Shown: positions 46,635 through 56,915 of the stretch, piece by piece
Layout: each line of letters starts with the position of its first letter
Numbering within the stretch: the first letter of the stretch is position 1
Virus record (IMG/VR): IMGVR_UViG_3300044846_005229
Span: 124,001-188,000 of that record
Strand: one strand, 5' to 3'
Length of the DNA: 64,000 nucleotides
Translations under genes and position numbers: made by a program
Notes under the pieces: model-generated
Databases searched by the model: none
Seen by the model: only the letters and a program-made list of their open reading frames with translations
What the model was told of the DNA's origin: nothing

Positions 46635-46886
46635 TCAGTGCCGTTTCTTTGAGTTCCTACCACTGTACCCACTGACTGGGATTGGGTTACCGTTTAGTTC
46701 CCTTTCATCTGCTAAATGCCACGCTATGGCCTCTGCTATTGCGGCTAATTTTTTACGTGCTGGTTTAGTGTAGAGGTGTAATCCTTCCGTTTCTTTGTTA
46801 TTTGGGTCTCCTTCAATTTCGGATGTCAATTGGACAAGTTCCTGCTTAGAGTATCTTTTGTAGTATGTGTTTGAAGTTGGTACCAT
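46635..46886 (-). CDS. conserved phage small protein
   Basis: EL..L..EIE.DP.N...GLHLYT..ARKKL.AIA.AI. Confidence 0.7.
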   Translation of the reverse strand: MVPTSNTYYKRYSKQELVQLTSEIEGDPNNKETEGLHLYTKPARKKLAAIAEAIAWHLADERELNGNPIPVSGYSGRNSKKRH

Positions 46887-46937
46887 GTTAAGGGAAAAAG
46901 AAAGGGCCATCGCCATGTAGCAACGACCCCATAGCAA

Positions 46938-48125
46938 TCACTGATTAGCCCTGATTTGAACAGGCATCACCAGATAGGTGTATCTTGCCGTATCAATAGA
47001 ACCAATCGGGAAAAAAACTGCCGGTGTTGTCGGGGCGTTCATTTGAATTTGAACTTTATCCGCACCCATAACCTTAGTTTTCAGGACTTCAATCAGGTAA
47101 CGCACATTAAATGCGATTGTGATTTCCGGACTATTACCAATGACCGTCAAACTCTCATTAAATGACATCATTCCTTCGGCTTGAGCACTAATTGTGGCCC
47201 CAACCTCAGTAAACTCAAACTTGACTACATTATTATGGGCATTAGCCACAATGGCAGCTTGCTCAAGTGTAGTCAGCAGAGAAAGACGATCAAAGACAGC
47301 AACCGACTTGAAATTATCAGGAATCAACTGCCGATAGTTAGGGTATTGCCCATCTACCAATCGGAATTGAACCTTATAGTTACCATACACTACGGTAACA
47401 TCTTGCTTGGATACAGTGAAGGAAACCGGACTAAACTTAGGCTTAGCACCGATAATCTTAGCAATCTCTGCAAGGATCTTAGCGGGCATCGTAAAGTTAA
47501 ATTCCGTTTCCCCGGTATCAACAATATCATCCAAAGTCAAAACCGACAACCTATGCCCATCCGTAGCAGCAAAAGACAAAGAATTGCCAGCAAGTTGCAG
47601 GTTGATCCCGGTAAGGAGCACCTTAGCTTGGTCCGAACTTGCCGAAAACAGGGTACTACCCAGGCCACCAACAAACTCAGCAGGTTGCACGCCGAACGTT
47701 ATTGGATCGGTAGTAATACTGGCTGTGACTGGCAAACTCGGAAAATCGTCGGCAGGGATCGTATTGATCTTAACTGTCGCACCTTTATCTGCAGAAACCA
47801 ACAACTTATCGTCAGAATCACCAGGATCAAAACTAAGGGTGACCGCCGAAGTCTTGGGCACCCCGTTTACGATATCCTTAAGGGTGAACACCGAAGCAGT
47901 AATTGAACCTGGAGACTCCACCGATGCAGCAATATCGACTGATACTTGTTTGATGAAACCGGAATTATTTCCTAGGTCAAATACCGTGGCCACTAACTTG
48001 CCTGAAGCACCATCAGCGGTAAGCAACACATTGAAGAGAACAGGGTGCTTAGCCCGCTTATCATAGTTCCGTGCCAGATCTTTAAGAGCCTGGCTGAGAT
48101 CGGATTGGGCAACTACGGCTTTCAT
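46938..48125 (-). CDS. dnaN: DNA polymerase III beta sliding clamp
   Basis: HPVLFNVLL, ASSDQAKVLLTGINL, FAATDGHRLS, RLVDGQYPNYRQLIP, IAFNVRYL..VL, YLVMPVQIR. Confidence 0.95.
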   Translation of the reverse strand: MKAVVAQSDLSQALKDLARNYDKRAKHPVLFNVLLTADGASGKLVATVFDLGNNSGFIKQVSVDIAASVESPGSITASVFTLKDIVNGVPKTSAVTLSFDPGDSDDKLLVSADKGATVKINTIPADDFPSLPVTASITTDPITFGVQPAEFVGGLGSTLFSASSDQAKVLLTGINLQLAGNSLSFAATDGHRLSVLTLDDIVDTGETEFNFTMPAKILAEIAKIIGAKPKFSPVSFTVSKQDVTVVYGNYKVQFRLVDGQYPNYRQLIPDNFKSVAVFDRLSLLTTLEQAAIVANAHNNVVKFEFTEVGATISAQAEGMMSFNESLTVIGNSPEITIAFNVRYLIEVLKTKVMGADKVQIQMNAPTTPAVFFPIGSIDTARYTYLVMPVQIRANQ

Positions 48126-48364
48126 GTGACAGGGGGGTAGATGGTTTGGGAATGATGGACTCTGGGAGACAGCGGGCCAAAACCCGCTACTCACAAGGTA
48201 ATTATAGGGGACAGGGGGCCAAATGTCAACCCCCTTGCCCTGGGTATCGGTGTTGGTATTGCTGGCATTGCTGGTATTGCTGGAATTCGATCAACTCCTA
48301 GCCGACTCTTAGCCAACTCGTGGTCAACTATCAATCGGCCATTAGAATTAACGCATGGCCACAA

Positions 48365-48655
48365 TCAAACCGCTAGCATAGCCGCAAAACGAGCTGCTTG
48401 TTTCTGGCTACGGGCCTGCGCTTGACGGCGGTATTGGGCCTTTGCGGTTGCAGCCAAGGTAGTAGCTTCAAGCAAGTTGACTGCAAGGGAGGCAGCACCG
48501 ACGGCATCCGCTCCGATGGCATTGGCCCACTTGAGCAAGGAAGCTCGATTCATGGCAACTGTGGGCCAGCCTGGCACATTATACACCCCGTTAGCTATGA
48601 CTTCGAGTGGTTGGTTGATGATATCCTGGATTTGAGCGATCGTGGTGATTTTCAT
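48365..48655 (-). CDS. hypothetical protein
   Basis: Start MKITTI; promoter near 48715. Confidence 0.55.
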   Translation of the reverse strand: MKITTIAQIQDIINQPLEVIANGVYNVPGWPTVAMNRASLLKWANAIGADAVGAASLAVNLLEATTLAATAKAQYRRQAQARSQKQAARFAAMLAV

Positions 48656-48765
48656 GGTTGTTGCGGGGGAGGTTCTAGCAATTGGTTGGAACCGGCGCTT
48701 TGCCGATGGGTGCATTATAGGGTGGATTCCCCGAGGTGTCAACCCCCATGCCCTGGGCATCGATG

Positions 48766-49182
48766 TCAACTCCCAATCTGACCGCTAGCATGTTGGTCGA
48801 TATGGTAGTTTGCTGTTTGGTAACCTTCTCGCCATTGTGGTGACTGTTTATAATAATAGCTAAAGGTCGCTTTCCTTTTGCCTTCAAACCGTCTCCGGTA
48901 CCCTTTTTCATACTCCTTGTTGTCGGCCACATCTTCCACAAAACCAAAGTCTATGATATTATGGTTGATTACTTCGCCACAGTAATACTCACCGCCAGAA
49001 ACCAAACGCAATTTGCCATCTCCAGTTACAAAACCCTTATGGGTGCCATCACTGGGCATACCAAAGCCAGGTCCGGGTACGAGGGTATATGTGACCTTGA
49101 TAAAACTACCAGGCAACTTAGAATCTTCCCAATGGGTAATCCATTTGCCGCCAGAAATGTGGATTGTTTGGGTGGGGGACAT
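48766..49182 (-). CDS. hypothetical protein
   Basis: 138-aa ORF. Confidence 0.6.
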   Translation of the reverse strand: MSPTQTIHISGGKWITHWEDSKLPGSFIKVTYTLVPGPGFGMPSDGTHKGFVTGDGKLRLVSGGEYYCGEVINHNIIDFGFVEDVADNKEYEKGYRRRFEGKRKATFSYYYKQSPQWREGYQTANYHIDQHASGQIGS

Positions 49183-49269
49183 TTTGCTAGGGGTTGCAGG
49201 GACAGTGGTAGACTTTACTTTAGCACAGATTGGGCAGGAATGTCAAGTACCTGGGCCCCATTCGAGTCA

Positions 49270-49458
49270 CTAGCTCAATTCTTCGAACTCCCCTGATCCG
49301 TCAAAGATGCAAATCTCTAGCGAACTACACAAAAGTAAAATCGCAGCAAAAAGGAACTCACCATGCGCAGCAAGCAGGGCTACCCCAAATCCGAGCCCAT
49401 TGAACATCGTTAAAAAGCCACAGATACATGAGATAAAATTCTGCACCATTTGTAGCAT
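49270..49458 (-). CDS. small membrane protein
   Basis: Two hydrophobic stretches. Confidence 0.5.
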   Translation of the reverse strand: MLQMVQNFISCICGFLTMFNGLGFGVALLAAHGEFLFAAILLLCSSLEICIFDGSGEFEELS

Positions 49459-49506
49459 ACCAAGCTAATGCTCTGGTGGTTTTTTGATTCATTGGGGGGA
49501 TAGGGT

Positions 49507-49752
49507 TCAGGGTGCAAGTCGAAGGTAGTTAACCACATGGTTAACGAAGTAGTCATCGGTATGTCCGTTCCCGTTAATCAGAACACACTCACGAAGTCCA
49601 TTCCGAATTTCACTGTGAGTTACAGTGCCGTTATCGAGAAGATCAATCAGTTCTCCAGCGATGGATACGCAAAGTTCGTTTTCTTCACGAGCACTGAGGC
49701 ACTGGATGCTGCCGAAGGGGGTTTCAGTCATTGAAAAGAATTCGTTTTTCAT
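49507..49752 (-). CDS. hypothetical protein
   Basis: Promoter near 49760. Confidence 0.6.
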   Translation of the reverse strand: MKNEFFSMTETPFGSIQCLSAREENELCVSIAGELIDLLDNGTVTHSEIRNGLRECVLINGNGHTDDYFVNHVVNYLRLAP

Positions 49753-49816
49753 GGTCCTATCCTAGCATAGGGCGAACGCCACAGGGTGCCATAGGGTGCC
49801 GCAGCATACCAGTTAG

Positions 49817-50131
49817 TCAGGTGTCCATTAGCCTATCGACTTCCTCGGGAACATTGACCAACCAAGCCAAACGAAATCCGGCACTAAATCGGTCTGAAAT
49901 GTAAATGAGATTGTTCCCAATATTTTCAATTGATTTATAGCCGTAAGTCTCATGGCCGCTCCGATAATCATTTTCACTTCGTTGGTGATAGGACTTCATT
50001 CTTTGAAGGTATTTGCGATACTTTCTGATTTTTGAGCAAGTTACCTTGATGTCCTGGTCATTCATATCGCAATTATTGAAAACCTCTTTGAAAATAAGGT
50101 TCCAATACTTTCGGCGGATTCGGCGTTTCAT
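49817..50131 (-). CDS. hypothetical basic protein
   Basis: Operonic ORF. Confidence 0.6.
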   Translation of the reverse strand: MKRRIRRKYWNLIFKEVFNNCDMNDQDIKVTCSKIRKYRKYLQRMKSYHQRSENDYRSGHETYGYKSIENIGNNLIYISDRFSAGFRLAWLVNVPEEVDRLMDT

Positions 50132-50136
50132 TTTGG

Positions 50137-50418
50137 TTAGATATATGAAAAGTAAGGATTGATAACCGAATTAACAAGGTCTAAATGCTCTTTTACTCTT
50201 TCTCTTTCGTGTTTAAGGTCTTCTATGCTATTCCATACCCCATCAGTATGCTGATTTACCCATTGATTATACCTTCGTCGTACTGCTTCGTGTCCACCAT
50301 CAGGCTCATTAGTTTCTGGGTTGTAAGACAAACAAATGAAAGTTACCCAAGTTGGTGTTTGCCAAAGAGGAATTTGCGGCCCATCTTTGCCATTATGCAA
50401 AGTAAGATTGAGACTCAT
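50137..50418 (-). CDS. hypothetical protein
   Basis: Start MSLNL; LWQTPTWVT. Confidence 0.65.
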   Translation of the reverse strand: MSLNLTLHNGKDGPQIPLWQTPTWVTFICLSYNPETNEPDGGHEAVRRRYNQWVNQHTDGVWNSIEDLKHERERVKEHLDLVNSVINPYFSYI

Positions 50419-50419
50419 T

Positions 50420-50617
50420 TCAGGAGTCTTCCTGATAACGAAATACTTTGGCAAACTCTTCTGCAGCTTTAAATGCTGTTTCTGCAACAAACTTTAAGAC
50501 TGACCTTCGTTCTTCTTCAGTAGTGGATGTGGCATTAGTCATTGAAACTGAACTCAACCACTTAATATAGAGCGTCTGACCCAAATCAACAAAGCGGTTT
50601 TGAGAAAATTCAGTCAT
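50420..50617 (-). CDS. hypothetical protein
   Basis: Promoter at 50669. Confidence 0.6.
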   Translation of the reverse strand: MTEFSQNRFVDLGQTLYIKWLSSVSMTNATSTTEEERRSVLKFVAETAFKAAEEFAKVFRYQEDS

Positions 50618-50760
50618 TGGTTTTTGTGTATGAGGGGGGGGTTTGGGGATAATAGGTTGAACGTGTCCATTATAGCAAGAAGCGTGTTACTCCGGGGCAA
50701 TGTGCAAGTTTACCGGGTGTCATAACCACGCCGGGGTTTCAATGAGTTCTTTAACATTTA

Positions 50761-51105
50761 TTACTCCACCCAAAGGTCTAATTTATTGCAAATTTCCACT
50801 TTCGCCGCATCCATTTCAATTCTAATGTTCTCAGCAAGGCCACTAAGAATGTTTCCGACGCTCTGGAATTTTTCAGCAAAAAGTTCTTCTGCACGGAATT
50901 CAGCACTTTTGTCAAGTTTATCGTGCCAGGCCATAAAAACCTCCTCAACCGGAAGTTCAACACCATTAACCATAAGGGTTACATCGTATTCGTCAGGGTT
51001 GGGAATTTCAATCTGCTTTTCCATCGTAACTGCCATAGCCGAAAGCAAAAAGTGACCAAATACATCACCATCCATACTAACAATGCGGTTTCTGTGGACT
51101 TTCAT
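50761..51105 (-). CDS. hypothetical protein
   Basis: Start MKVHRN. Confidence 0.65.
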   Translation of the reverse strand: MKVHRNRIVSMDGDVFGHFLLSAMAVTMEKQIEIPNPDEYDVTLMVNGVELPVEEVFMAWHDKLDKSAEFRAEELFAEKFQSVGNILSGLAENIRIEMDAAKVEICNKLDLWVE

Positions 51106-51202
51106 TGGGGTTTTTCTGGGGGGGTTGTTTTGGGGATAATAGGTTGAACTTGTCAATTATAACAAGAAGAGTGTTACTCAGGGGGGGCAACGTGCCAGTT
51201 GG

Positions 51203-51463
51203 TCAATCGTCCCCATCTTCTTGAAACTCCAGTGAGCGATCCTCAACGATTTCGTGGAAATCCTCCTGACTCATAATCTTTTTGTCCGCAAGAAACTCAA
51301 GAAGGTTAGCTAGAATCTTTTGGGTAACTTCCAAACGAGTTTCAATTGTTACTTTTGCCCCATAGGAAAATCTATTCGTGGAATCATAGGCTTTTTTATC
51401 AATAAGGCACTCAATTTCAGTTCCAAAATGGGAACCCCATTCTACCCGGCTCTTGAATCTCAT
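51203..51463 (-). CDS. hypothetical protein, start uncertain
   Basis: ORF open to 51556; TGCTATGAT at about 51500 suggests MRFKS start. Confidence 0.55.
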   Translation of the reverse strand: MRFKSRVEWGSHFGTEIECLIDKKAYDSTNRFSYGAKVTIETRLEVTQKILANLLEFLADKKIMSQEDFHEIVEDRSLEFQEDGDD

Positions 51464-51556
51464 AATTGTGTAGTTCCTTTGTGGGTACGAAGTAATCATA
51501 GCATACGGCGCACCACCCCCGAAGGGGCAGTGTGCCAGTTGGTCAAGCGTCTTCAA

Positions 51557-52369
51557 TCACTTAAAGATATTATCGGAAAGTGAAAGAACGTTAGCGCCGT
51601 TAATTAGGATCTTCTGAATGCTACCATTCTTCATCGCTTCACGAAGAACTTCAAGGCGTTGATACTCAAGAGATTGTGCCGTCACAGTAGATGCTAGTGC
51701 CCTGTTTTCCTCTGCTTTGAGTTGTGCAGTCTGCGTCTTAACTTGCTGTTCTTTATTTGCAGATTGTGCGGCAACAACACGATTTACGGACGCAACCAAA
51801 TCATCAGGAAGATCTGCCTTACCAACAATAATAGAATCGATGGTAATTTTACCTTCAAGACCATTTTTCTTCAAGGCATCAGAAAGATTGGCTTTAATTG
51901 TGTCTTGAATTTGCTCAAGGCTACTATTTACCGCAAGTGCAGAGAATTCATCTACAGATTGGTTTACGGCAGAAGTAATCAGGCGAGCAATATAACTACT
52001 CATAAGTTGAACTTGGTTACCATCACCAATCGCGTGATTGGTCATATCATAACCAGTATAAAACTCATAGAGAGAAGTAGGATTGATACTGTAGGTTACA
52101 GTCACATCCATTTCCTTCATGATGGTGTTATCTTTAGTCTTGGGGCGGAGATCATTTGCCGTCACCGTAATCTTACGTGTATTGAAGACTTTGATGCTAC
52201 CAAAGCCATCATATTTAATTCCGGGTGTAAGAACTTCATTCTTCACCTGGCCATCAAAACCTACGAATAGGCCATTTTCACCAGTGCTAATTGTGGTGAA
52301 TTGTCCTGCCGTAAGTGCAAGAGCAAGAGCACCAACACCGACGCCAATACCAATTTTTGCGAGAGACAT
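51557..52369 (-). CDS. SPFH/band-7/prohibitin-domain membrane protein
   Basis: N-terminal TM, L.PG..Y, D.TV.YSI, coiled-coil A.N..VAAQ. Confidence 0.9.
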   Translation of the reverse strand: MSLAKIGIGVGVGALALALTAGQFTTISTGENGLFVGFDGQVKNEVLTPGIKYDGFGSIKVFNTRKITVTANDLRPKTKDNTIMKEMDVTVTYSINPTSLYEFYTGYDMTNHAIGDGNQVQLMSSYIARLITSAVNQSVDEFSALAVNSSLEQIQDTIKANLSDALKKNGLEGKITIDSIIVGKADLPDDLVASVNRVVAAQSANKEQQVKTQTAQLKAEENRALASTVTAQSLEYQRLEVLREAMKNGSIQKILINGANVLSLSDNIFK

Positions 52370-52594
52370 GATTAAGGGGGGGTAGTTAAGGGGGGGGTAA
52401 AGAACAATTAGTCAGATGTTACGCCTGCGTATATAAACGCAATCGCAACAAAGAGTAGAAAAGCGAGAGGAATCATCTTAAGAAAGAACAACACTGGTAG
52501 TCCTCTCAAAAGAAGAATGTAGAGTAGAGAAGCTACTCCGATAGAGACACCTATAATTCGGATTACCATTTTCAATTGTAAGTGCAGAGTTGAG

Positions 52595-53323
52595 TCATAC
52601 GGCCGCGTTCATAAGAAAGGGAGCAATTCCCAGCCAATCGTTATGCTTTTCACGGTTGAACAGATAAAGATAACTGCTGATGTTCTCAGGAATTCTACAA
52701 GAGAAAAACTTATCAGTTTTCACCAATTCATAGATTTTTGCATAGGTTTCTTGGTCTGGACAAATAAGGACACTGATATATTTATCTCTACCATCGCTGC
52801 AATTATAATAAGGAACATCCTCAATCTTCAGATCTTCTTTATTAAGAACCCAGGGATGTCCTTTAAGATACTCCAAAAGTTCAGGAAGATTGAAGTATTT
52901 GTTGTTGAACTGAGAGTCAATGTAATTAAACCCACGCGGAAGAGTATAAGGAACAGCATTTGAATCAAAAAACATATGGCCAGAACTATAAATCCAAACA
53001 AGATTCTTTTCGGAAATGTTACCTTCAAGAATCTCTTCATCACTCATATTGTGATATTCATAGTCCCAAAATGGGTTATTAGTTTTAATTCGTTCAAAGA
53101 ATGAATCTTTAACAAAAGTAGGTCTGCATTGTTTAAGAACTTTCAGGTCCCTATCTTTGACCGCATTGATAACTTCAACTACTACGGAAGTCTTGCCGGA
53201 TGGTTGCACTGTGGAAGATGTTACTTTAAGATAAGCAAGATTCTCATTTACGCCTGGAATAATATAATCTACAATCTCCGTAGATGTTTCGTGGCGAGTG
53301 ATTTTAATTGGGGTGAGTTCCAT
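52595..53323 (-). CDS. hypothetical protein, paralog of 36773-37537
   Basis: High identity; start MELTPI. Confidence 0.8.
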   Translation of the reverse strand: MELTPIKITRHETSTEIVDYIIPGVNENLAYLKVTSSTVQPSGKTSVVVEVINAVKDRDLKVLKQCRPTFVKDSFFERIKTNNPFWDYEYHNMSDEEILEGNISEKNLVWIYSSGHMFFDSNAVPYTLPRGFNYIDSQFNNKYFNLPELLEYLKGHPWVLNKEDLKIEDVPYYNCSDGRDKYISVLICPDQETYAKIYELVKTDKFFSCRIPENISSYLYLFNREKHNDWLGIAPFLMNAAV

Positions 53324-53403
53324 GGTTTGGTTTGGTTTGGATAGTTTTCTTGAGTAAGCCCAGTATAGCAGAATGCACATCGCGCAAGGCGAAGCAGAGA
53401 CAG

Positions 53404-53610
53404 TTAGCCAAGTGTCATAGCCACAATAGCCCCAACCATCTTCACAATTGAATCAGCATTGGATTCTTCTGGTGCTAAAATGACGGATGTTCTGTCGTTG
53501 GCAAGTACCAAATCGCCGTCAAAATTGAAAGACAGGTATAAGCCAGGGATCAAACAAAGTTCCCCATGGTGATCCCCGTGATTCAAAAAGTGCTCAATTT
53601 TGTCTTTCAT
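53404..53610 (-). CDS. hypothetical protein
   Basis: Start MKDKIEH after C14 leader tract. Confidence 0.6.
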   Translation of the reverse strand: MKDKIEHFLNHGDHHGELCLIPGLYLSFNFDGDLVLANDRTSVILAPEESNADSIVKMVGAIVAMTLG

Positions 53611-53661
53611 TGCTGATTTGGACGGGTAGTGGTGGGGGGGGGGGGGGCAGTGGTAGAACAA

Positions 53662-53901
53662 TTAGATGGGATCATAAGCATCATCAACCACACCCATATA
53701 CCGGTCAAATTCGTCCATGAAAGCAGTAACGTCAGCCTCGCAAGAAGAATCAGGATTCACCCAATCAAGTTCAACTTTCCGACTGACATTTTCTGAAAAA
53801 ATCAAATCAAACTTAGCTTCCCAAGATAGGTTAGAGTCGAAGATCTTCCTAGCCTCACTGTAGATTAAATGAAGCTCATCGTAGGTTGGTTGGTTTGTCA
53901 T
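53662..53901 (-). CDS. hypothetical acidic protein
   Basis: Promoter at 53943. Confidence 0.65.
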   Translation of the reverse strand: MTNQPTYDELHLIYSEARKIFDSNLSWEAKFDLIFSENVSRKVELDWVNPDSSCEADVTAFMDEFDRYMGVVDDAYDPI

Positions 53902-53983
53902 TGGTTTTGGTAGAGAATGGTTGTTGGCGGGTAGTGAACCGATCTTAGCACAGTGCCGGGGTCAGTGTCAACCCCTCATATCT

Positions 53984-54665
53984 TTAACCCGGCAGCAAGC
54001 ACGGTGCCGAAGCATCGTCAACCCATAGGGTTTCCAAATCATAGACAGAACTTGGTTTGCCTTCTTCCAAGGTAACTCCAAGGTTCCCCGTATAGTAGTT
54101 ACTGGTTACCCTAGCCACTGTGCCTATGGGCTTTACTGTCTTTTTCTTTTGCCTCCTGTAAACAGTTTGCCCCTTCAAATATGAATATCCATTAGGATCA
54201 CATCTGACAGGGCTATCACTTACTTTGGTGTACCCTTCGATATTGACCCCCCCCCTTAGTCTCACCATCGGCACGATTTGTTTGTTTATTACCCTTTCTG
54301 CACCCATAGGGCCGATCACCATTACCCTTCCTGAAATTACAGCCCGCGCACATTGGCTGAAGATTATTAAGGCCGTTACCACCCCCTTTGGACTTAGGGA
54401 TAATATGATCAACAGTCAACGGATAAAGATCATCAGTATAAACATCCCAGTGTCTCCCACCACGGCCTTTACCCAATACTAACCTAGAGCCAACTTTGCC
54501 GCAAGTTACGCAAGTACACCCTTTGTTTGCAAAAACTCTTAGGCGCGGATGGAAACTAAATGATGGCAAACTTAATTTCTCAATTGGTTCCTCTCGAATG
54601 ACCGTATAGTTAAAAATCTGGGTCTTTGCAATCCGGTTAACCCCTGTGGCCACGGCACCCATCAC
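53984..54665 (-). CDS. HNH endonuclease (54216-54665), probably continuing to 53984 across a G9 frameshift
   Basis: [31 protein letters not shown]; C9 on plus strand at 54247-54255 lies where the two reading frames overlap. Confidence 0.8.
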
Positions 54666-54919
54666 TTCACCCCCAACTTAATCAGCAGGCAAGTACGGCG
54701 AGCCCTAGCAGCCTTGGCCGCCTGTGGCTTACGTTTGCCCTTGGATTTACGACCCTTCTCACGGGGTCCTAGTTTGCTGTGGTTGCTGGTCATGGCCTTG
54801 GCGGTCCGATACTTGTGTATTATAGTATGTGGGGGCGGCTTTGTCAACCCCCTTGCCTTGACTTTGCCTTGACACCGTGGCCACAATTTGTGTTAGATCC
54901 TGCCGAGGCAAAACCACAA

Positions 54920-55669
54920 TTACATTTTCATCGTGGCATCCAGACGCAAGCCCCCAGAGAAGATAACCTTAGCCATTGTGTCAGGCAGCGTCCCCAGTAG
55001 GTGCAGAGAGTCTAAAGTGGAAAACATAAACATTTTGTTAAGCTCTTCCCTTACCCTTTCCCTGGAGACGCAAGCTAGCATTTCTACTGCCAAGTCACTG
55101 CGCAATACAGCATAAGTTTCATCATCGGGGACGAATCCTTTGGTAATTTGGAACCTGAACCCTCTTAGAACTCTGAGGCCGTCTTCTCTGATCCGGTCAG
55201 CAGGGTTCCCAACGAAACGAAGAATTTTATTCTTAACGTCGGAAACTCCCCCGAAAGGGTCAATCAGAGAGCCATCAATAGCTTTGGCGATTGCCCCACT
55301 GGTAAAGTCTCTTCTGGCCAAATCATCAAGTAAAGTCCCCGGCACCACCCAATCAGGACGGCGACCATCGGTGTAGGGGCCATCTTTGCGGGCTAGTACA
55401 AAGTCAGCGACGGTGGTGCGGGCTTCTAGCACATGGCCCTTTGGGACCCGCGCACGGATGGTTAGAAACTCACGGCGAGATTCGAAAATCTGGAAACCTT
55501 GCTCGGCAAGCTGAGCTTCCATTGCTAAGAAAGCGCTATCTGCCGTGGCGAAGACACCCTCGGGTGCAACAACGGAAAAATCAATGTCCTTGGATGGAAT
55601 CCCGAGCAAACTGTCACGGACGCACCCACCAACCTCAAAAAATTCAAATTTTTCTGCTTGGCTTGTCAC
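54920..55669 (-). CDS. cca: tRNA nucleotidyltransferase (CCA-adding/poly(A) polymerase family, class II)
   Basis: VGGCVRDSLLG...DIDF, DLARRDFT, DPFGG, RIREDGLRVLRGFRF, VSRERVREEL.K; GTG start. Confidence 0.9.
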   Translation of the reverse strand: MTSQAEKFEFFEVGGCVRDSLLGIPSKDIDFSVVAPEGVFATADSAFLAMEAQLAEQGFQIFESRREFLTIRARVPKGHVLEARTTVADFVLARKDGPYTDGRRPDWVVPGTLLDDLARRDFTSGAIAKAIDGSLIDPFGGVSDVKNKILRFVGNPADRIREDGLRVLRGFRFQITKGFVPDDETYAVLRSDLAVEMLACVSRERVREELNKMFMFSTLDSLHLLGTLPDTMAKVIFSGGLRLDATMKM

Positions 55670-55804
55670 TTTATACTCCGGGGTTGGTTACGGGTATTTT
55701 AGCGTACGGGTTGGCAAGCTGTCAAGGGGTGGTGCTTATGGGGTAGCCGAGGGTGGCCGATGCGGTTGTTTACGCCTACCTTAATACATTAAGTTTTGTT
55801 ACTG

Positions 55805-56038
55805 TCATAACCCCGTGTCAAAGTGACGTTTACAAACCTTGAGTAACACTGATTCCCCCAAATATCTATCACTGTGTTCCAAAAATGCACTCATTGCTTC
55901 CCCTTCAGAATTATAACCACCATAGGAATTTAAACGTTCACCAAACATATTCCTATCGTCAGGATCTACAAGGCGCCCTTCATCTGTCAATTCGCGCCAA
56001 ATGTAGGAAGTTGTTATTTTGGTAGGTTGTTTTATCAT
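55805..56038 (-). CDS. hypothetical protein
   Basis: 77-aa ORF. Confidence 0.6.
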   Translation of the reverse strand: MIKQPTKITTSYIWRELTDEGRLVDPDDRNMFGERLNSYGGYNSEGEAMSAFLEHSDRYLGESVLLKVCKRHFDTGL

Positions 56039-56062
56039 GGGGGGTTAATATACCGAGTACAA

Positions 56063-56821
56063 TCATATCTTAGGCAATTCAACTACTTTGCTGATAGGTT
56101 CTGGGGGTACCATGGCATCAGCCCCACCATCGGCCCCACCAATCATCTTACCGTTATCAGCCATAGCCGCCATGGCATTCACACCATAACTATGAGCAGT
56201 TTGGATAAAATGGGCTTCAACTTCTGCCTTGGCTCCTTCAACCATTTCCTCAGTTGCTTCTCTAAAGGATTCCACTGCAAAGTTAAGGTTTTTAGGTAGA
56301 TTACTAGCTTGAGACTTCAAATTAGCTACAATTCCCTTCAGTTTAACTTTACTGATAGACTTATCATTTAGTATCTCTTCCAGTTGGCCTGCAATGGCAT
56401 TGATTCCTTGCATAGCCTTATCAAGTTCAACCCCAAACTCCTTATCGAAACTATCTTTCCGGCTCTTTTCTGGGTGTTTAATCCCAGGAATAGCAACCAG
56501 TGGGCCCTCAGAAAGGCGATTCAAAGTAATTAGGGTAGCTTGACTTCTACCTGCTCCGGAGCCAAATCTCCCCCATTGGGCTTCACTCATTGAGAACTCA
56601 ACAACTTGACCCTTAGGAAATACCCAATCCCTATGCAAATCCCTTTCCAACTCCGCAGTTTGGATGGTTACCGATATGTAATGCCCATGGCTCAAGTCAG
56701 ACCCGAACAAATTAACTCCGGGTGAACATTGCGGGCGAGTAACTGTGATCACCCCGTAAGCAGGATGACTGTAAACTTGGTTGTTGTCTTTGGTGGTGAT
56801 GGTGGGGAGTTGATTGCTCAT
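56063..56821 (-). CDS. conserved phage hypothetical protein
   Basis: HPAYGVI...LFGSDL.H...I.I..AE..RDLHRDW...MSEAQW; start MSNQLP. Confidence 0.75.
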   Translation of the reverse strand: MSNQLPTITTKDNNQVYSHPAYGVITVTRPQCSPGVNLFGSDLSHGHYISVTIQTAELERDLHRDWVFPKGQVVEFSMSEAQWGRFGSGAGRSQATLITLNRLSEGPLVAIPGIKHPEKSRKDSFDKEFGVELDKAMQGINAIAGQLEEILNDKSISKVKLKGIVANLKSQASNLPKNLNFAVESFREATEEMVEGAKAEVEAHFIQTAHSYGVNAMAAMADNGKMIGGADGGADAMVPPEPISKVVELPKI

Positions 56822-56915
56822 TGTTTTTGTTGGGGTTGTTGTTGCTGGGGGTTGTTGCTGTCGCTGCTGTTGTCGCTGTCGGGTTATATGGAAAGGGCCC
56901 ATATCCACTATCTAA

